From: Rhina ancylostomus
Lineage: Eukaryota
Assembly: GCA_030265395.1 (NCBI GenBank)
Contig: JARFYF010000056.1
Span: 14,302,012 to 14,366,011, forward strand
Length of the DNA stretch: 64,000 nucleotides
Reading direction: 5' to 3'
Shown here: piece by piece, positions 1 through 14,125 of the stretch
How positions within the stretch are numbered: the first letter of the stretch is position 1
Layout: each line of letters begins with the position of its first letter
Made by a program: the position numbers and the translations under genes
Notes under the pieces: generated by a model
What the model saw: only the letters and a program-made list of their open reading frames with translations
What the model was told of the DNA's origin: nothing
The model's database searches: none

Positions 1-391
1 TAAACTTGTCGTGTGTGTGTGGCAAATTCCCAAACTCCACGTCCAGGAATGGTTCTTAAAGTTCAGTTCAGCAAGCCTTAAGGTGAAACATGAGTAAAGG
101 CTTCTTCAACAACCACCGTTGTCTGGAGATAAACCGTAGATGTAGAGAGAAAATAGAGAGTATTGTGGCTGTCCACACCAACTACTTGTTAACAACCAAG
201 TGAACTCCACTTCTTTATTTCGATGTGTCTGCCACACCCTAGAGCATCCGTAATGTGGCCGTCCACCCCAAATACCTGTTTGCCTCCACAGGTTACCGAC
301 AAAGTGAACTCCACCGGATTACTCTCCACAATCCATATCCATTGCAGTGACAGTCACAGTTATTGTTTCTCATCCATCAACAGAGAAAACA

Positions 392-433
<42 letters not shown>

Positions 434-538
434 TCTCTCTACAACATTATCATGATGTTCTTTATCTTCTGTTGACGTAACCACGCCACGCACACACTAT
501 CTTAAAGGGACACTCACTAATAGTCCTAGTCCATAACA
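1..538 (-). mobile_element. LTR family A (Gypsy-like), truncated by the window start
   Basis: Minus strand starts TGTTATGGACTAGGACTATTAGTGAGTGTCCCTTTAAGAT, closely matching the copy at 57919. Contains internal repeats (gtgaactccac twice) and a (CT)n tract. Confidence 0.7.
391..439. repeat. (CT)n microsatellite within the LTR
   Basis: Direct read. Confidence 0.95.
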
Positions 539-1300
539 CTTTGGTGAGACAAGATAATGGGGTACTATGCAATTTTCTATTCTCTACATCACATAGTATG
601 GGGAGGTACAGCAGAAGATCTATATATGTTTTACAAGGAAGATGGCAGAACAGAGAGGTTTATCTATCAGGGTAGGCTCAACAGATTGAAGCTCTTCTTT
701 TGAAAACAGAAGGTTGGGAGATGACCTAAGAACATCAGAAATAGAAACAAGAGTAGTCCATTTGCCCATCATATCTCTTTCACCAATCAATAAGATTGTG
801 TTGATCCATTACATAAGTATCCACTTTCCTGAACTGATTCTATTTCAATTGATTTCCTCAATATAAAAACTTTGATCAATCTCTTTCCTGAATATACCCA
901 ACTACAGAGTTTCAAAGATTAATTAACTGCTGGATGAAGAAATTTTCTGTAATTTCTGTCATGAATGGCCAGCACCTTATTTTGAAACAGTGACTCCTGG
1001 TTTAGATACCCCAAGGGAAGTATCATCTTCACATCTCCACTGTCAAGGCACACAAGATATTTATATGCTTCAATGAAATCACCTCCCATTCACTTGGGCA
1101 TGGCGCCAATCTGTTTAACCTATCTTCATCTGATGAACCCGCCATCCCTGGAATCAATCTGGTTAACCTTCACTGCACTACTTCTATCACGTGTCTATCC
1201 TTCTTTAGAGAGGGAGGGGCAGACCTGAGTACAATATTCCAAATGTGTTTTCACAGAGGACCTATATAATTGGAGCAAGACATCTCTACTCTTATGGAAC
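539..1300. mobile_element. Decayed CR1-type LINE 3' fragments (plus strand about 540-730, minus strand about 735-1300)
   Basis: Minus-strand remnant LLQLYRSSVKTHLEYCTQV resembles the CR1 RT C-terminus. It continues at 2822-2930 beyond the PLE. Confidence 0.65.
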
Positions 1301-2822
1301 CACAAGAGACTACATATGCTGGAAATTGGAGCAAAAAATGAGCTGCTGGAGGAACTCAGTGGGTCAGGCAGCATTTGTGGAGGCAAAGGGATAGTTGACA
1401 TTTTGGGTCAATATCCTCCATCAGGACTGAGAGTGTGAAGCAGAGATAGCCAGTACAACAAGGTAGTGGGCTGGGGTGGGTGGTGGTGAGAGGTGAGGCA
1501 GGACTGGCAAGCAATAGGTGGATCCAGGTGAGGAGGGGTTGATNNNNNNNNNNNNNNNNNNNNNNNNNNNNNNNNNNNNNNNNNNNNNNNNNNNNNNNNN
1601 NNNNNNNNNNNNNNNNNNNNNNNNNNNNNNNNNNNNNNNNNNNNNNNNNNNNNNNNNNNNNNNNNNNNNNNNNNNNNNNNNNNNNNNNNNNNNNNNNNNN
1701 NNNNNNNNNNNNNNNNNNNNNNNNNNNNNNNNNNNNNNNNNNNNNNNNNNNNNNNNNNNNNNNNNNNNNNNNNNNNNNNNNNNNNNNNNNNNNNNNNNNN
1801 NNNNNNNNNNNNNNNNNNNNNNNNNNNNNNNNNNNNNNNNNNNNNNNNNNNNNNNNNNNNNNNNNNNNNNNNNNNNNNNNNNNNNNNNNNNNNNNNNNNN
1901 NNNNNNNNNNNNNNNNNNNNNNNNNNNNNNNNNNNNNNNNNNNNNNNNNNNNNNNNNNNNNNNNNNNNNNNNNNNNNNNNNNNNNNNNNNNNNNNNNNNN
2001 NNNNNNNNNNNNNNNNNNNNNNNNNNNNNNNNNNNNNNNNNNNNNNNNNNNNNNNNNNNNNNNNNNNNNNNNNNNNNNNNNNNNNNNNNNNNNNNNNNNN
2101 NNNNNNNNNNNNNNNNNNNNNNNNNNNNNNNNNNNNNNNNNNNNNNNNNNNNNNNNNNNNNNNNNNNNNNNNNNNNNNNNNNNNNNNNNNNNNNNNNNNN
2201 NNNNNNNNNNNNNNNNNNNNNNNNNNNNNNNNNNNNNNNNNNNNNNNNNNNNNNNNNAAAGGGGTAGGGAGGGGAAGATATGACTGATGATGGGATCATG
2301 TTGCAGCTGGTGGAAATGATAAAGAATGATGTGCTGGATGCAGAGGCTAGTGGGGTCAAAGGTAAGGACTAAGGGAATGCTATTTCTGTTCTGTCTGGGA
2401 TGAGACAGGGTGAGAGCAGAAGTGCAAGAAATGAAAGAGATGTGGGCGAGGGGTCCATCAACCACAGTAGGGAAGAAGCCATGATCCTGAAAAGGGAGGA
2501 CATTTCAGATATCCTGGAGTGGAAAACCGCTTCTCAAGAACAGATGTTGTGGATAGTTTGCCTCCTGAGAGGAAGACAGAGAGAGGGGAGAGATATGTCA
2601 AAAATAATCCAAGTGAATTTGAGGGTGAGGGTGAGGGTGGGAAGCTAGTAGTGAAGTTGATAAAGTTGATGAGTTCTGCACTAGTGCAGGAGCTAGCACC
2701 AATGCAGTCATCAATGTTGCGGGAAGAGAGTTGGGGAGTCATGCCAGAGTACATTTGGAACACGGACTGTTTCACATAGCCAAGAAAAATGTAAGTGTAC
2801 CTAGGGCCCATGTGAGTCCCCA
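1301..2822 (-). mobile_element. Penelope-like retroelement, 5'-truncated and decayed
   Basis: RT remnants MGTHMGPRYTYIFLGYV...RNIDDCIGA (AMG..MGP / YIDD pattern), linker IPLVLTFDPTSLCIQHII, and a terminal repeat with a hammerhead-like motif at 1392-1429. Frameshifted and spans a gap. Confidence 0.8.
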
Positions 2823-3069
2823 CTTCTATAATTAAATCCCCTTGCAGTAAAGGTCAATATTCCATTTGCCTTCCTGTACTTGCATGTTAACCTGCAGCAG
2901 CTCAAACATAAGAACATCCAAATCCCTCCAACAAAAATGTTTAAAATTATGGATGAGTTTATTGGTATATTCATAAAATAGATGTTTCCCATTCCAGAAG
3001 TATTGTATCCAGAAAGAAAATACTGCAAATGTGAAATAGTGGAGATATTCATCAGATTAGATAGCACCT

Positions 3070-3365
3070 GTGAAGAGAGAAACAGAGTTGGTATTTCAGG
3101 TCAATGACTTTTCATTAGAACTGAGAAAACTTCAAAATCAAACAAATTTCAAGTTGTATTTAGTTTTAGTGCCCTCCAACTTATCACAGACCTTCCCTTT
3201 TTGTTTTCTCAATCTTTATCCCCTTTTTCCCACAGCTTAAAAAATTTATTCTGCCTAAATGTTCCCAGTTCTAATGGAAGATTATTACACCTAAAATTTT
3301 AATTGTATTTCTCCCTCCAGAGATGCTGCCTGTTCTGCTGAGTATCTGTAGCATTTTCTGCTTTA
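3070..3365. mobile_element. Inverted pair of PLE terminal repeats (older family)
   Basis: gagaaacagagttggtatttcaggtcaatgacttttcattagaactg is followed by the opposite-orientation cagttctaatgg...agatgctgcctgttctgctgag. Confidence 0.6.
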
Positions 3366-6300
3366 ATGTCATCAACATATGATAGTCCTAATTAATCCAG
3401 TAGATAATTCTTTACCTGGAGGGTGATTAGAATGAACAACTTGTTACCACATGTGGTTAAAGAGTTGATTACCATTTATGCACTTCAGGGCAATTTAGAT
3501 AACTACATGAGAGAGAAGAGAATAGACGGATATACTGAGAATTAGATGAAATAGGGTGGGAAGAGGCTCATGGGCTGAATATCACATTTCTGCACTGTTA
3601 ATTGCATCTAATTGATTTTAGACCTTTGTGGAAGTTATGTTTCATTGAATTGAAGGATGTTAATGCTGCCAATTTTAATTTTACTATCAAATATGCGTTA
3701 TATCCATCCAAATCAATTACATTTGAGACCAAAGCAAATCTCTGTTTGGATTGAGCTTTCAGACTTATGATACATACCAGTCATTCACTGGCTGACCATC
3801 CAAAGCAAATAGCACGGGTAGAACTATTTTATTGATGTGATCTGGTTACCAGCTTGCAGCAGATGTAGAAAATTTGAGAAACTGTGATTGGGGAGATTAA
3901 ATCTGCAGATTAGTGGGGATTTGTTAGCGTATTTGTGTAAATTTTGCAAACAAGCACTTGGATAGCACAATGGGTGCAGGTTTACTCTGCACCTGTTGTA
4001 ATATAATTGTAAAACCATTTAGGAAGTATGAGATTATATTACTACACCCAACACTGGTGGAAATCTGTTCCGGTATCTACCTCTCAAGATATGGATATAT
4101 TATAAACACAGATTACATTGATTTAAAATCAATCTGAACCAATAATCTGAAGTATGCCAAATTGCACAATGCCTTGAACAAGCATTGAAAGATCAGTTTT
4201 ATAAACAGACATCTTACATCCATGGCATGATTGTGGGATCTGTAAACTTCTTAACAATATTTGGTGCAGGTGCAAATAAATGACCTGCATTAGCTGATCA
4301 GCATTCCCAAAAGTGTATTCCCATATTATGGTGAAAGTTAGTAAGAGAATAATTTTTTGGTCCTTAAAAAAAAAACTTGGTACTGTTGAATCACGATGTT
4401 CCTGGATTTAAGAAAAATAACTCTTTGTGTATCCTCACATGGTATTTCTTTTTGCCTTTAATCTTCCCTACATTTCTTGTTTTCAAAATACTAAATTTCT
4501 TCCAGTTAATGGATGCTAATTATGATTTCCTTTATGNNNNNNNNNNNNNNNNNNNNNNNNNNNNNNNNNNNNNNNAATGTGTGAATTTCATCAATGAGTC
4601 ACTGTTGCTTTCCCCAGTCACTCGGTTATACAAATCAGATGGTTAGGTAATGAGTTACACAGACCTAGGTTTCAATTTTGTCTGTATAGAATTAGCTGAT
4701 TCTCTGCCTGGGAGCAGGACAAATGCGCTAAATCTCTTTAGCACAATGAGAAGTCAATTTGTAATAGTGAAAATTGTTTTCTCTTTGGAAATGAAAGACA
4801 AATTTTTGAGAGTTGCAGGTTGCAATTATGGGACCTTCAGAATCTTCAGCATCTCTTCAAGAGCAATTAGGAATGAGCATTAAGTGTTGGCCAAGCCAGT
4901 GGTGTTAACACTTCATACACAAATAAAATATGGACAGAAAATATTCTCCCCTAGTTTCCAAATTGTTAGGAGTGAAGTTCTTTTTGCTAATTTTAGCAAT
5001 AAAAAGATGTGCAAAATACAGTGAAATAAAATATTATATTTGCAAAATCAAAATAGGTAGAAATTAGAGCCTCCCAATAATCTAAATATTAAATAAATTA
5101 CAGGCCTAAGTTTGTCAAACTATTTCAATTTCTCCCAATAATGTATATTTCCTTGATCAATACGCCTTCCAATCATCAGGATTGATATATCTCCTTTGAA
5201 AGCGTTCTGTCACATTTCTGCAATTGTTGTTAACTAATTAGTGCAAAAGAACAAATCTTTGACATTTCTAGTTGCCATGGAAATGGATACCATATGGCAT
5301 AGTCATTTTCAGAGCCTGCCGGATGTAGCACAGGCAGTGACATGAGAGGAACAGTTATGTATAATGGCACTGAGGCAATGACCTGGAAAGTTATATATAC
5401 AATGTAATACAGGAAAGTACATTAAGATCACCCCACCCCCTAAAATCAGAGGTTTGTAACAATATGGCATCACATCTAAGTCCAGTTCTATTTGATAATC
5501 TGCACCAATATTGGAAACACTTTTTATTCTCAAATGAAGTTAGATCTCTGAATAAGCTCATACCTCTTGGGGTCCTAAAGTCAATCCCATCTGATACGAT
5601 AATACCCTTTTCTTGGTGATTTTTTAAATTCATATTTGAAGGATTATTACATTGTTGGAGTGTGAAATTTCAGTAAACCATAACCCCATCTGCCCATTTC
5701 AGCAGCTTGGCTTACTATTAGAGAATAGGTACAATTTGAAAAGGTGTAGGGAGTTCTTACTAGCCAACATTCCTTCCTCAATTAACATAACATTATTTCA
5801 TATTCATATCATTGTTTTTGTGCCATAATGTTACATATAGAATGACCACTGTCTTTTCCCACAAAAGAAGCCTTTGCACTTCAATATTTCTCATTATAAG
5901 AGAAATCTCTGGGAGATGCAATTACAGCTCTTTCTTTCCCTCATTTCCCAGATAAGTGCAAAGAAATCATCTCTGATAAATGTATTCTGCCTAGACATTT
6001 GGCTTTGTTGAAGGCAATGAACTGAATTTTGGACACAGAATTCAATGTACATATACTTCTATATTGTATGTTTAGTGCAACTGAGGGTGAATATCTGCAT
6101 TATTTCCTCTAAGTGTATGTAGTTAATTCTCTTTTCATTGCTCCCATTTACTTTTTTTCAACCACACAGTATTACCTAATCAGGAAGTTCATTCTCTCTA
6201 CCTCCGCCAATATTCTTTATTTGGCATCTGAGAAGAGTACCAAAGTATAGCTGTGAATCATCCCATAATTTGTGCCCCCAGCATTTCTCAGTGGTCTCAG

Positions 6301-9300
6301 GAGATAAAGGGAAAGGCCAAAAGAGAAACAACTTAAAAAAAAATGTGATTCACAGTCTTTATTTAAGTTTTAATTATTTTTCTCAATGGCGATAGCATAA
6401 ACATTCACTAAGAATACAGGGCTTTGAGGAAAGACCAGGTAATGGGACAAAATGGATTGCTCTACAAGGAGAATGGACATCTGTGCTGTGTCAGTTGTAC
6501 AATTCCACGACTAGAGTAGTTATTGACCTTCAGTGTAGTGAAAGGCCTTGACCATGAACTGCCACCTTTCTCTTCATACTTAAATTTCAGGTGGACATTG
6601 CCTTTGTTTTGCTCATTCTGGGAATTTTTTTATTAAATGGCTTTTATTAAACCACTAACAAGGTTGGTATTTTTTGCTCATCTCTACCTGCTCTTAAGAA
6701 GATGGTAGTGAGATGCCACTTGAATTGTTGCAGTCCATGTGCCGAAGATGTTCCCACTATGCATTTTGGGAGGTATTTAAACCGTCTTGATGCAACACTG
6801 CTTTGACCTCGATGGTATCAAGGTTATTGAGACTTATTCATGTTGCACACATCAGGGAAGTGGAGAGTTTCCAATACACACCTGAATGGGAATTTGAAGG
6901 TGGCGGGGAGACTTTAGAGAATCAGTAGGTAAGGCAGTCACTGTAAAATACCTAGCCAATGACCTGCTCAAGTATTATTGTTGTAGCTGGTTTAGTTGAA
7001 TACTGGTTGATACTGACCTCAGAACATTGATGGTGGAGGAATTAGTTATGGAATTTGATTATCAAAGGAGGTGATTAGACTTTCTTCTACTGGAGACTAC
7101 CAAAACCTATTAACTCAGTATCTAGAATATTATATGCCACTTATCTCTCTAAGATTAAATATTGACCACACTTTGCTGCATTTGAGCAGAGACTGCTTTA
7201 TTATATGAACAGCAAATTGAACATTGTACCCTGCAGTGTGATCTGTACACATGCTGAATCAAACTAATTTATGCAATCCACTAAGAAACAAGCTCAGCAT
7301 CTTGCAAACCTGTTTAGTAGTTTAAAGGCATGTCAACTTCCATGTATACCTATTGGGCCTTCTGGGGAAATGTGTATAGGGAGTACTGGAGACAGCAGGA
7401 TGAGTTTTGATTGACAGACGGAGATTTGTGACTGCACGAGCTCCCCTGGTGCATCTCCTTCCTCCTCCTGGATACCCTGGGAGCCGACCTCTTTGATAGG
7501 AACTTGAAGCCGCTGAGAAAAAGATGGACTCCAGGCCTCAAACTCACAATCTGTGAATCATTCCAAACATACTGCAGTCAGCTGGGCACGACACAAACAA
7601 AATGTGCCTGTCTGGAGTACTGGTCTCCATGGTAACAGCTAGAGGAATCACATTCTTTGCCTTGTACAATGCCGCCACAGGAACTGAATGACCAGAGAAA
7701 CTTTGGTTAACCAGTGTTTTATTATATCACCAACACTGTCCAGGCTTAACAGACTTTACCATTCAGTCCTTCAATTTCAGCTTCTGATCATTTTTGTTTG
7801 ATGACCTAACAAGAAACTGCATTGTAACAACTTTTATCCTTATTCTTGACTTCCTATAGTTAAAATAACTGTCCATTAAAATCTTATGTAAATTTTATCA
7901 ATCATTGCCTCAGTCTCTGAGTGGAAAGCTTGAGTGATTCAGTTGGCCTTTAGATCATTGTGCCCTTATATAATTATAGCTCATATATCCTTTGACATTT
8001 TGTGTTCTTGGAAAATGTCTCTTCGGAGGGTTGCACAGGTTGAAAGGAATAGGACAGTACTGTTTACTCCTGTACCTCCCAATGCTCTGATTCCTTGCAG
8101 GCTGCACTAATTGAAGTTGCCATGTTAGCGCAGGCATTAGGTAAAATGGCCAAAACGTGCATTTTGATAGTGCCTGCTAAGGCACAACTGTAACTGATTC
8201 AAAGGACAGGTGAGCAAATGTTTGAACAAAGCAATAGATTTTAAGCAGTGTCTTAAAGGAAGAATGAGGTAGAGAGCTTTAAGGAGGGAATTCCAGAGGG
8301 GGACTAAACAACTAAAGGCATGGCTACCAACTATAAACATCAAACCAATTCCAATCCTACCACAGAATTATAAACCCATATGACAGAGGAGGAGACTATT
8401 TGGCCCATTGTGTCATCGTGGAGCTATTAGTCCCTCCTCTCTGTCCTTTTCCTATTGTTGCTCACCCCATGAAAGGAATGAGATACTGTAATATATAGTG
8501 TGCTAACTTCTTAAGACTCTTCATAACTAATCCATGACCCGTGTTAAACACTGCAGAACATGTAACTTGCTGTAATAATGATCCAGCCACTTTAATAAAA
8601 TCAAAGCGATAATGCTAATGACAGGCTTTAGTTGTAGCCAAGTCCAGAGAAACTAGGGTATTCCTTAGAAATTAAATCTAAAAAAGCTTCAGATTGCCCC
8701 ACCTCATGTTGTTACTGTGTTGATAAAGGACACAAGTATTCAGTTCTATTTCTAACTTCTCAGATAATGAAGCAGATCATGCCTCCAGACAGCTAAACCT
8801 GGGGAACATCTAGGCTGAGGATTATAAATGGTAAGTAAAATGCACACCACACAATTGCCAGGAAATAGCCAATTTCAACAAAAGGCAATTTAACCACCAA
8901 ACGCTATGACAGCAGATATGTGACTCAACTGACTAATGAAAGCCCAGTCATATGGTTGTTTTAGGATCCTGGCAACAGCAACTGCATTTCAAAAAATGCA
9001 TTGGCTGTAAAGTACTTTGTGACATCCTGAGGCTGTAATTGATGCAATATAAATATTTTCTGCAACCTACAAAACATAAATCAGAAAATATCCGTGCTTT
9101 GCTAGGGTGAATGCAGCTCACCCAAATCTCCAGGTCCTGGTGGATTTTGTCCTGGTAGTATTGAGATGGTTGATGCATTGATTTTAATTTTCTGAAATTC
9201 CTTCAATTCAGGAAAGATGCTAGTAGATTGAAAGATAGCAAATGTAAATACTTTATTCAATAAGGATGGGAGACAGCAATAGATGGTGGCTCAATAATTT

Positions 9301-10689
9301 CAGAGCTGAGGTAGATAATTTTCAGGTAGCCTCGAGATGAAACCATTATACAAGTCAGACAGAGTCAGACTGAATAGTGAAACAACCTCGAGTTAAAATG
9401 GGAATATTCCAGATTGGAGCCAATGTCCAATGCGTGGAAATTACCAGGATTCTGGGAGCATCAAGGCCAAAGCTCAGTCTGCCAACCTCAGCATTTCAAC
9501 CCACAGTGCACAGGCTCCAACTGGTGTGTGTGAATCCAGTATCAAGTCTGCACATGTGTCCAGTGGAGCCTCTGGCCTGAGATTTGACAGGGCTGAATAA
9601 TCTACTCATGTTCCAATGTTCCTTTAAAGTGCTGGAAATGTGTGTTCAGCAATTAACAAAATGAAACATGAGCTTAGATACACAGATTGCCCTTTTCATG
9701 GAATTTTATTCACAGAAAATATGAGATACCTTCATATTTCCTTCTTGCCCCACTTTTCTAACTACTACCCTCTTTACAACTTGATTTCTGTCACATGCTT
9801 AAACACGGCTGTTTCCAATGAGTCTATTACACATTATTCTTGCCTCCTGCATGAAATGTGCCACCTGGTGGCTTAGATTCACAAGACACTGCAAAATTAC
9901 TTGAAAAAGGGATTGGAGCAAAAAATAACCGGCAGATGCTAGAAATCCTTCTAAAACATGAAAACATCTTTAATTCTATGAAGTACTTCTGAAGTGCAGA
10001 CACATATGTAATTTGGGAAACCGAGCAGACAATCTGAACTCAAGGTTCCAAGGAATGCAATTACAACTAAATAATTAGCAACATTGGCTGAGAGATTCAT
10101 ATTTTCAGTACAAGGATATAACTACATTTCATTGAACTAATATAATACCAACTTTTATATCTACTTGAGAGCAAAATCAAGGCTCCAATTATTATTTCAT
10201 CCTAAAAGCAGCACCTTCACTCACTCCCTCAGCACCAAACTAGTGTCAGTTAAGGATTTTTATGCTGATGCAATAGAATGGGACTTGATCCTACAATCCT
10301 CTGACTGTAAGGATACCAGTGAGCCAAAGAGAGAATTCCTTTTAAGATTAATTGATTTAGACAGATATGACCCCTTTTCTCTCCTGGAGGCATTGACTCC
10401 TGAAGGGTGTCAGACACATTGTAATTCCTTCCCCAAGTACCCATTCTTAATGTACCACTTAAGGCAATCTATTCCACTGTGGTGGAGAAATTAATCTTGT
10501 TCCCTTGACTTCCACAGCTGTGTACATTAGAACGGAGTCAAGCATGTATATCTTTTGTTCAGTAGAAAGACCAGATCTGTACAGAATATTTCGTCTGCAA
10601 TCTCAAGGGCCCTATGTAGTTGCAGAAAGACATCTTTCTATTCAGATTATCTGGTATAACAGCTACCTTCTCGTTGGCTTGACCCCTCC

Positions 10690-11060
10690 AACCCCACATT
10701 CTCTCTTCTCCCCCCTCCCACTGGGGCAGAAGATACAAAAGCCTGAAAGCATGTACCACAAGGCTCAAGGACAGCTTCTATCTCGCTGTTATACAACTAT
10801 TCAAAGGATCTCCTTATGATAAAATGGACTCTTGACCTCATCATCTGCCTCATTATGGCTTTGCACCTTATTGTTTGTCTGCACTGCACTTTCTCTGTAA
10901 CTGTAACATTACGTTCAGCATTCTGTTATTGCTCTTCCCTTTGTACTACCTCAATGGACTGATGTGATGAAATGATCTGTATGGATGGCATGCAAATCAA
11001 ACTTTTTCACTGTACCTTGGTCATGTGACAACAATAAACCAATTATCAGTTACCAATTAC
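10690..11060 (+). mobile_element. Rex1/Babar LINE 3' end
   Basis: PHSLFSPLPLG-RYKSLKA-TTRLKDSFY remnant, 3' UTR, AATAAA and ccaatta tail repeats; same family as 18959. Confidence 0.75.
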
Positions 11061-12830
11061 CTTCCTAATTATTGCTGTACCTGTAAGTTAACTTACAGCC
11101 ATTTGCAGACAAGGGCACACAGGCCATCTAACACCAATATCTTTCAATCTCTTTCATGTAAATTGTATTCTGCCTTGCTATTTTTCTACCAAAGTGAATG
11201 ACCTCACAGTTTTCTGCATTATATTTTGTACAACACTCCAGCTCATTCATTGAGCCTGCTCATATCCACTTTAAGCCATTCAACTTAGCATCATCAAAAA
11301 ATTGGGCCTATTATACATGGTCATTTCATCCAAATCATTGCTGTAGATTGAGAACAGTTGGGATCCCAGCACCAATTATTGTGGCATGCTCGCAGTCACG
11401 GCCTCTCAAATCAAAATTGACCCCTTCATTCCTGCTCTGTTTTCTACCCATTAGCCAATTTTTAATCCATATCAGTATTTTACCCTCAATCCCATATATT
11501 CTAATTTAAATGACATGTTTTTGAAGGCCTTCTGAAAGTCCAAATATATTGTATCCATTAGTTCCCCCTTATTCATTTTGCTAGATATAACCTTAGAATT
11601 CTAATAGATTTGTCAAATGTGATTTCATTTTATTAAACCATGCTACTTCTGCAAAATCCTCCTGTTAAATTTTAACCACCCCGCTACCACTTCCTAACTA
11701 ATAGATTTTAATATTTTCCCAAGGAATATGTCAATCCATCTGGTTTGTAGGTCCTCATTTTCTTTCTTCTTTCTGAAATAGCAGGGTTCCGTTTGCTATC
11801 TTCCAATCCATGGGATCCTTTCTAGGATCCATAACATTTTGGACAAATAGCACATCCACTATCTCAATCATCATTTCTTTCAAGATCTTGGGGTTTATGT
11901 GCTGTGTCCTGATGATTTATTGGCTTTCAGTCCCATTAATTTCTCCTTTTAATTAATGTTAATATCTGTTTGATTCTGATTCACTTGAGATCTGTTGTTC
12001 TCCATGACTTCCAGGAGTCTTTACAGTTTTTGTGAAGAGACAGAATAGTTGTTTAATTTTTCTGCCATTTCCTATTCTCCAATAATAATTTATTCAGTGT
12101 CAGTCTGTAAGAGATCCGTAATAAATTTTGCAAGTCATTTCTGTCTTACATATCCTAAAAAACATCTCTGGTATGATTTATGTTTTTCACTGGTTTATTC
12201 TTGTACTCTACTTTCCCTTTCTTTATCAATTTCTTGTCCTACTTTGCTGAAACCACAAGCTTTTCCAATTCTCAGGCTTAATGCTTCTTTTAAAGTCTTA
12301 TCCTTCAATCTAATGTTATCTTTAACTTCTCATTAGTCATAGTTTGATTATTTTTCCTGTTGTTTTTCTGTGGGTTAAAGGGATTATATATTCCCCCTGA
12401 TCTACGTACTAATTCTTTACAAGTTAGCCATTGCTGGTTTATTATCACTACCTTTTAATATAGTTTCCCAACGTACCACAGCTGACATGCCTCACACATT
12501 CTTCGTTTAGATTTATGAATGCAGTTTCAGATTGTACTAAATTAAGTTTCATCTTTACATACTATTCTATTATATTGTGATCACTCTTCCCTAAAGGCCA
12601 ATTAACTATTAGATTATTAACAAATCTTTTCTTACTGTACAAAACTAGATCTAAGATAACTTGTTCCCTCATTTGATCCTGAATATATTGATCTAGAAAA
12701 CAAGTTCTTCTACACTCTGTGAATTCATCGTCCATACCATTACTGCTAATTTGGTTTGCCCTCTCTATATGTAGATTAAAGTCTTCTTACCATTGTATTA
12801 ACCTTATTATAGGTAGCTCCAATTTCTAAC
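11061..12830 (-). mobile_element. Decayed CR1 LINE RT body
   Basis: Minus strand encodes IYLDFQKAF (about 11521-11549) and an FADDTKL-like remnant (about 11282-11300); many stop codons. Confidence 0.75.
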
Positions 12831-13379
12831 GCCATGCTCCCAGTTTACCACTCCTGCCCCTAGTTTCTTCCCCTAGTTTCTTAGCTCCACCCAAGCTGGT
12901 TCTACTTCTTGATTTCCAAGCAGTGACTAAAGCTGCACAAATGATATAGCTGATCTTGTCTGAATCCAGGCTAGGCTTTCCTTTTGGAAGGTGAGATAGA
13001 CAGAAGGAATGGCATGCTCCTGGTCTAATGTAATCCAAAATTCTGTGCTTTATTGTAGCATCCAAATCCCAGTGAACACAGCTCACTAACAACTGGCCAG
13101 CAGTTGTTCTTCTGTTCTCAATTACAAACAGCTTTTCATAAACAGCCCATCAAGTGCTGCATGATTATTTTAAAACTTAATAGATCTGTCACTCTGACAA
13201 TTACATTTTCAATGTTCATTTTAAATTCAGATTGGTAAGTGGTAACCTAAACAGCATGTAGCTGGCTTCAAGGTTTGAGAGCAATAAATTGACAGTACAA
13301 TGGCCTGAAAAGGCTAGCAGCTGTTTCATGAAAGGTATATATTTTTGGGTTGAGAGATTTGCTAGCAAGGCACTTTCTT

Positions 13380-13720
13380 CATTTTGAGCAGCCATGAGCC
13401 AGGGAGTCTCAGGAATTGGTGGGGGTATTGCACTTTTTCCAAGGATGCTTTGAGAACATCCTTAAGTTTGTTTCTCTATCCACCTGAAATTCTTTACTGT
13501 GGAAGGAATAGTGTCCGTTTCAGAGGTCTGGTGACAGAGCTGACTGAATGCAGTTAGGATCTCCATGGTGGCGATGTTGGTTGGGAGAGGGCAGTGACAT
13601 TAGTTGATATATCCCACTAATGGATTTGGAGGATTTCGTGGAGACTGCTTTGGTGGTATCTCTGCAGAACACAGAGGAGACTGCTGTGGGGAGCCCATAT
13701 CTGTGAGTTACACAAGGAAG
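13380..13720 (-). mobile_element. RTE-type LINE remnant
   Basis: Decayed similarity to the RTE C-terminal region (RKRFKDVLK-like at about 13450-13480). Confidence 0.5.
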
Positions 13721-13843
13721 TCAGGAATCACTGCTGGAGATTTGGGTAACTGACAGATTATGACACAGTCTGCAGTCAGTTCCAAGGCCATAGAGCCTCA
13801 TAGGTTTGAGATGGTGTTGACCACCACTGGCAAGTTTCAATAA

Positions 13844-14125
13844 CAAACAAAGGCNNNNNNNNNNNNNNNNNNNNNNNNNNNNNNNNNNNNNNNNNNNNNN
13901 NNNNNNNNNNNNNNNNNNNNNNNNNNNNNNNNNNNNNNNNNNNNNNNNNNNNNNCACTGGAGGAACTCAGTGGGTCAGGCAGCGTCTATGGAGGGAAATG
14001 GACAGTCAACGTTTTGGGTCAAAACCCTTCATCTGGACATAGATTTTCCCTCCATAGATGCTGCCTGACCCACACTTGAGTTCCTCCAGTGCCTTTGTTT
14101 GCTGCTCCAGATTTCCAGCATTCAT
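13844..14125. mobile_element. Palindromic PLE-terminus mini-element
   Basis: Arm 13955-13998 is a near-perfect reverse complement of 14045-14091; the spacer holds a hammerhead-like motif. Confidence 0.8.

Noticed and set aside
1356-2465. Long ORFs of 249-369 aa in the track
   Set aside because: They are mostly X residues from the N gap, and the flanks are decayed PLE sequence, not a gene.
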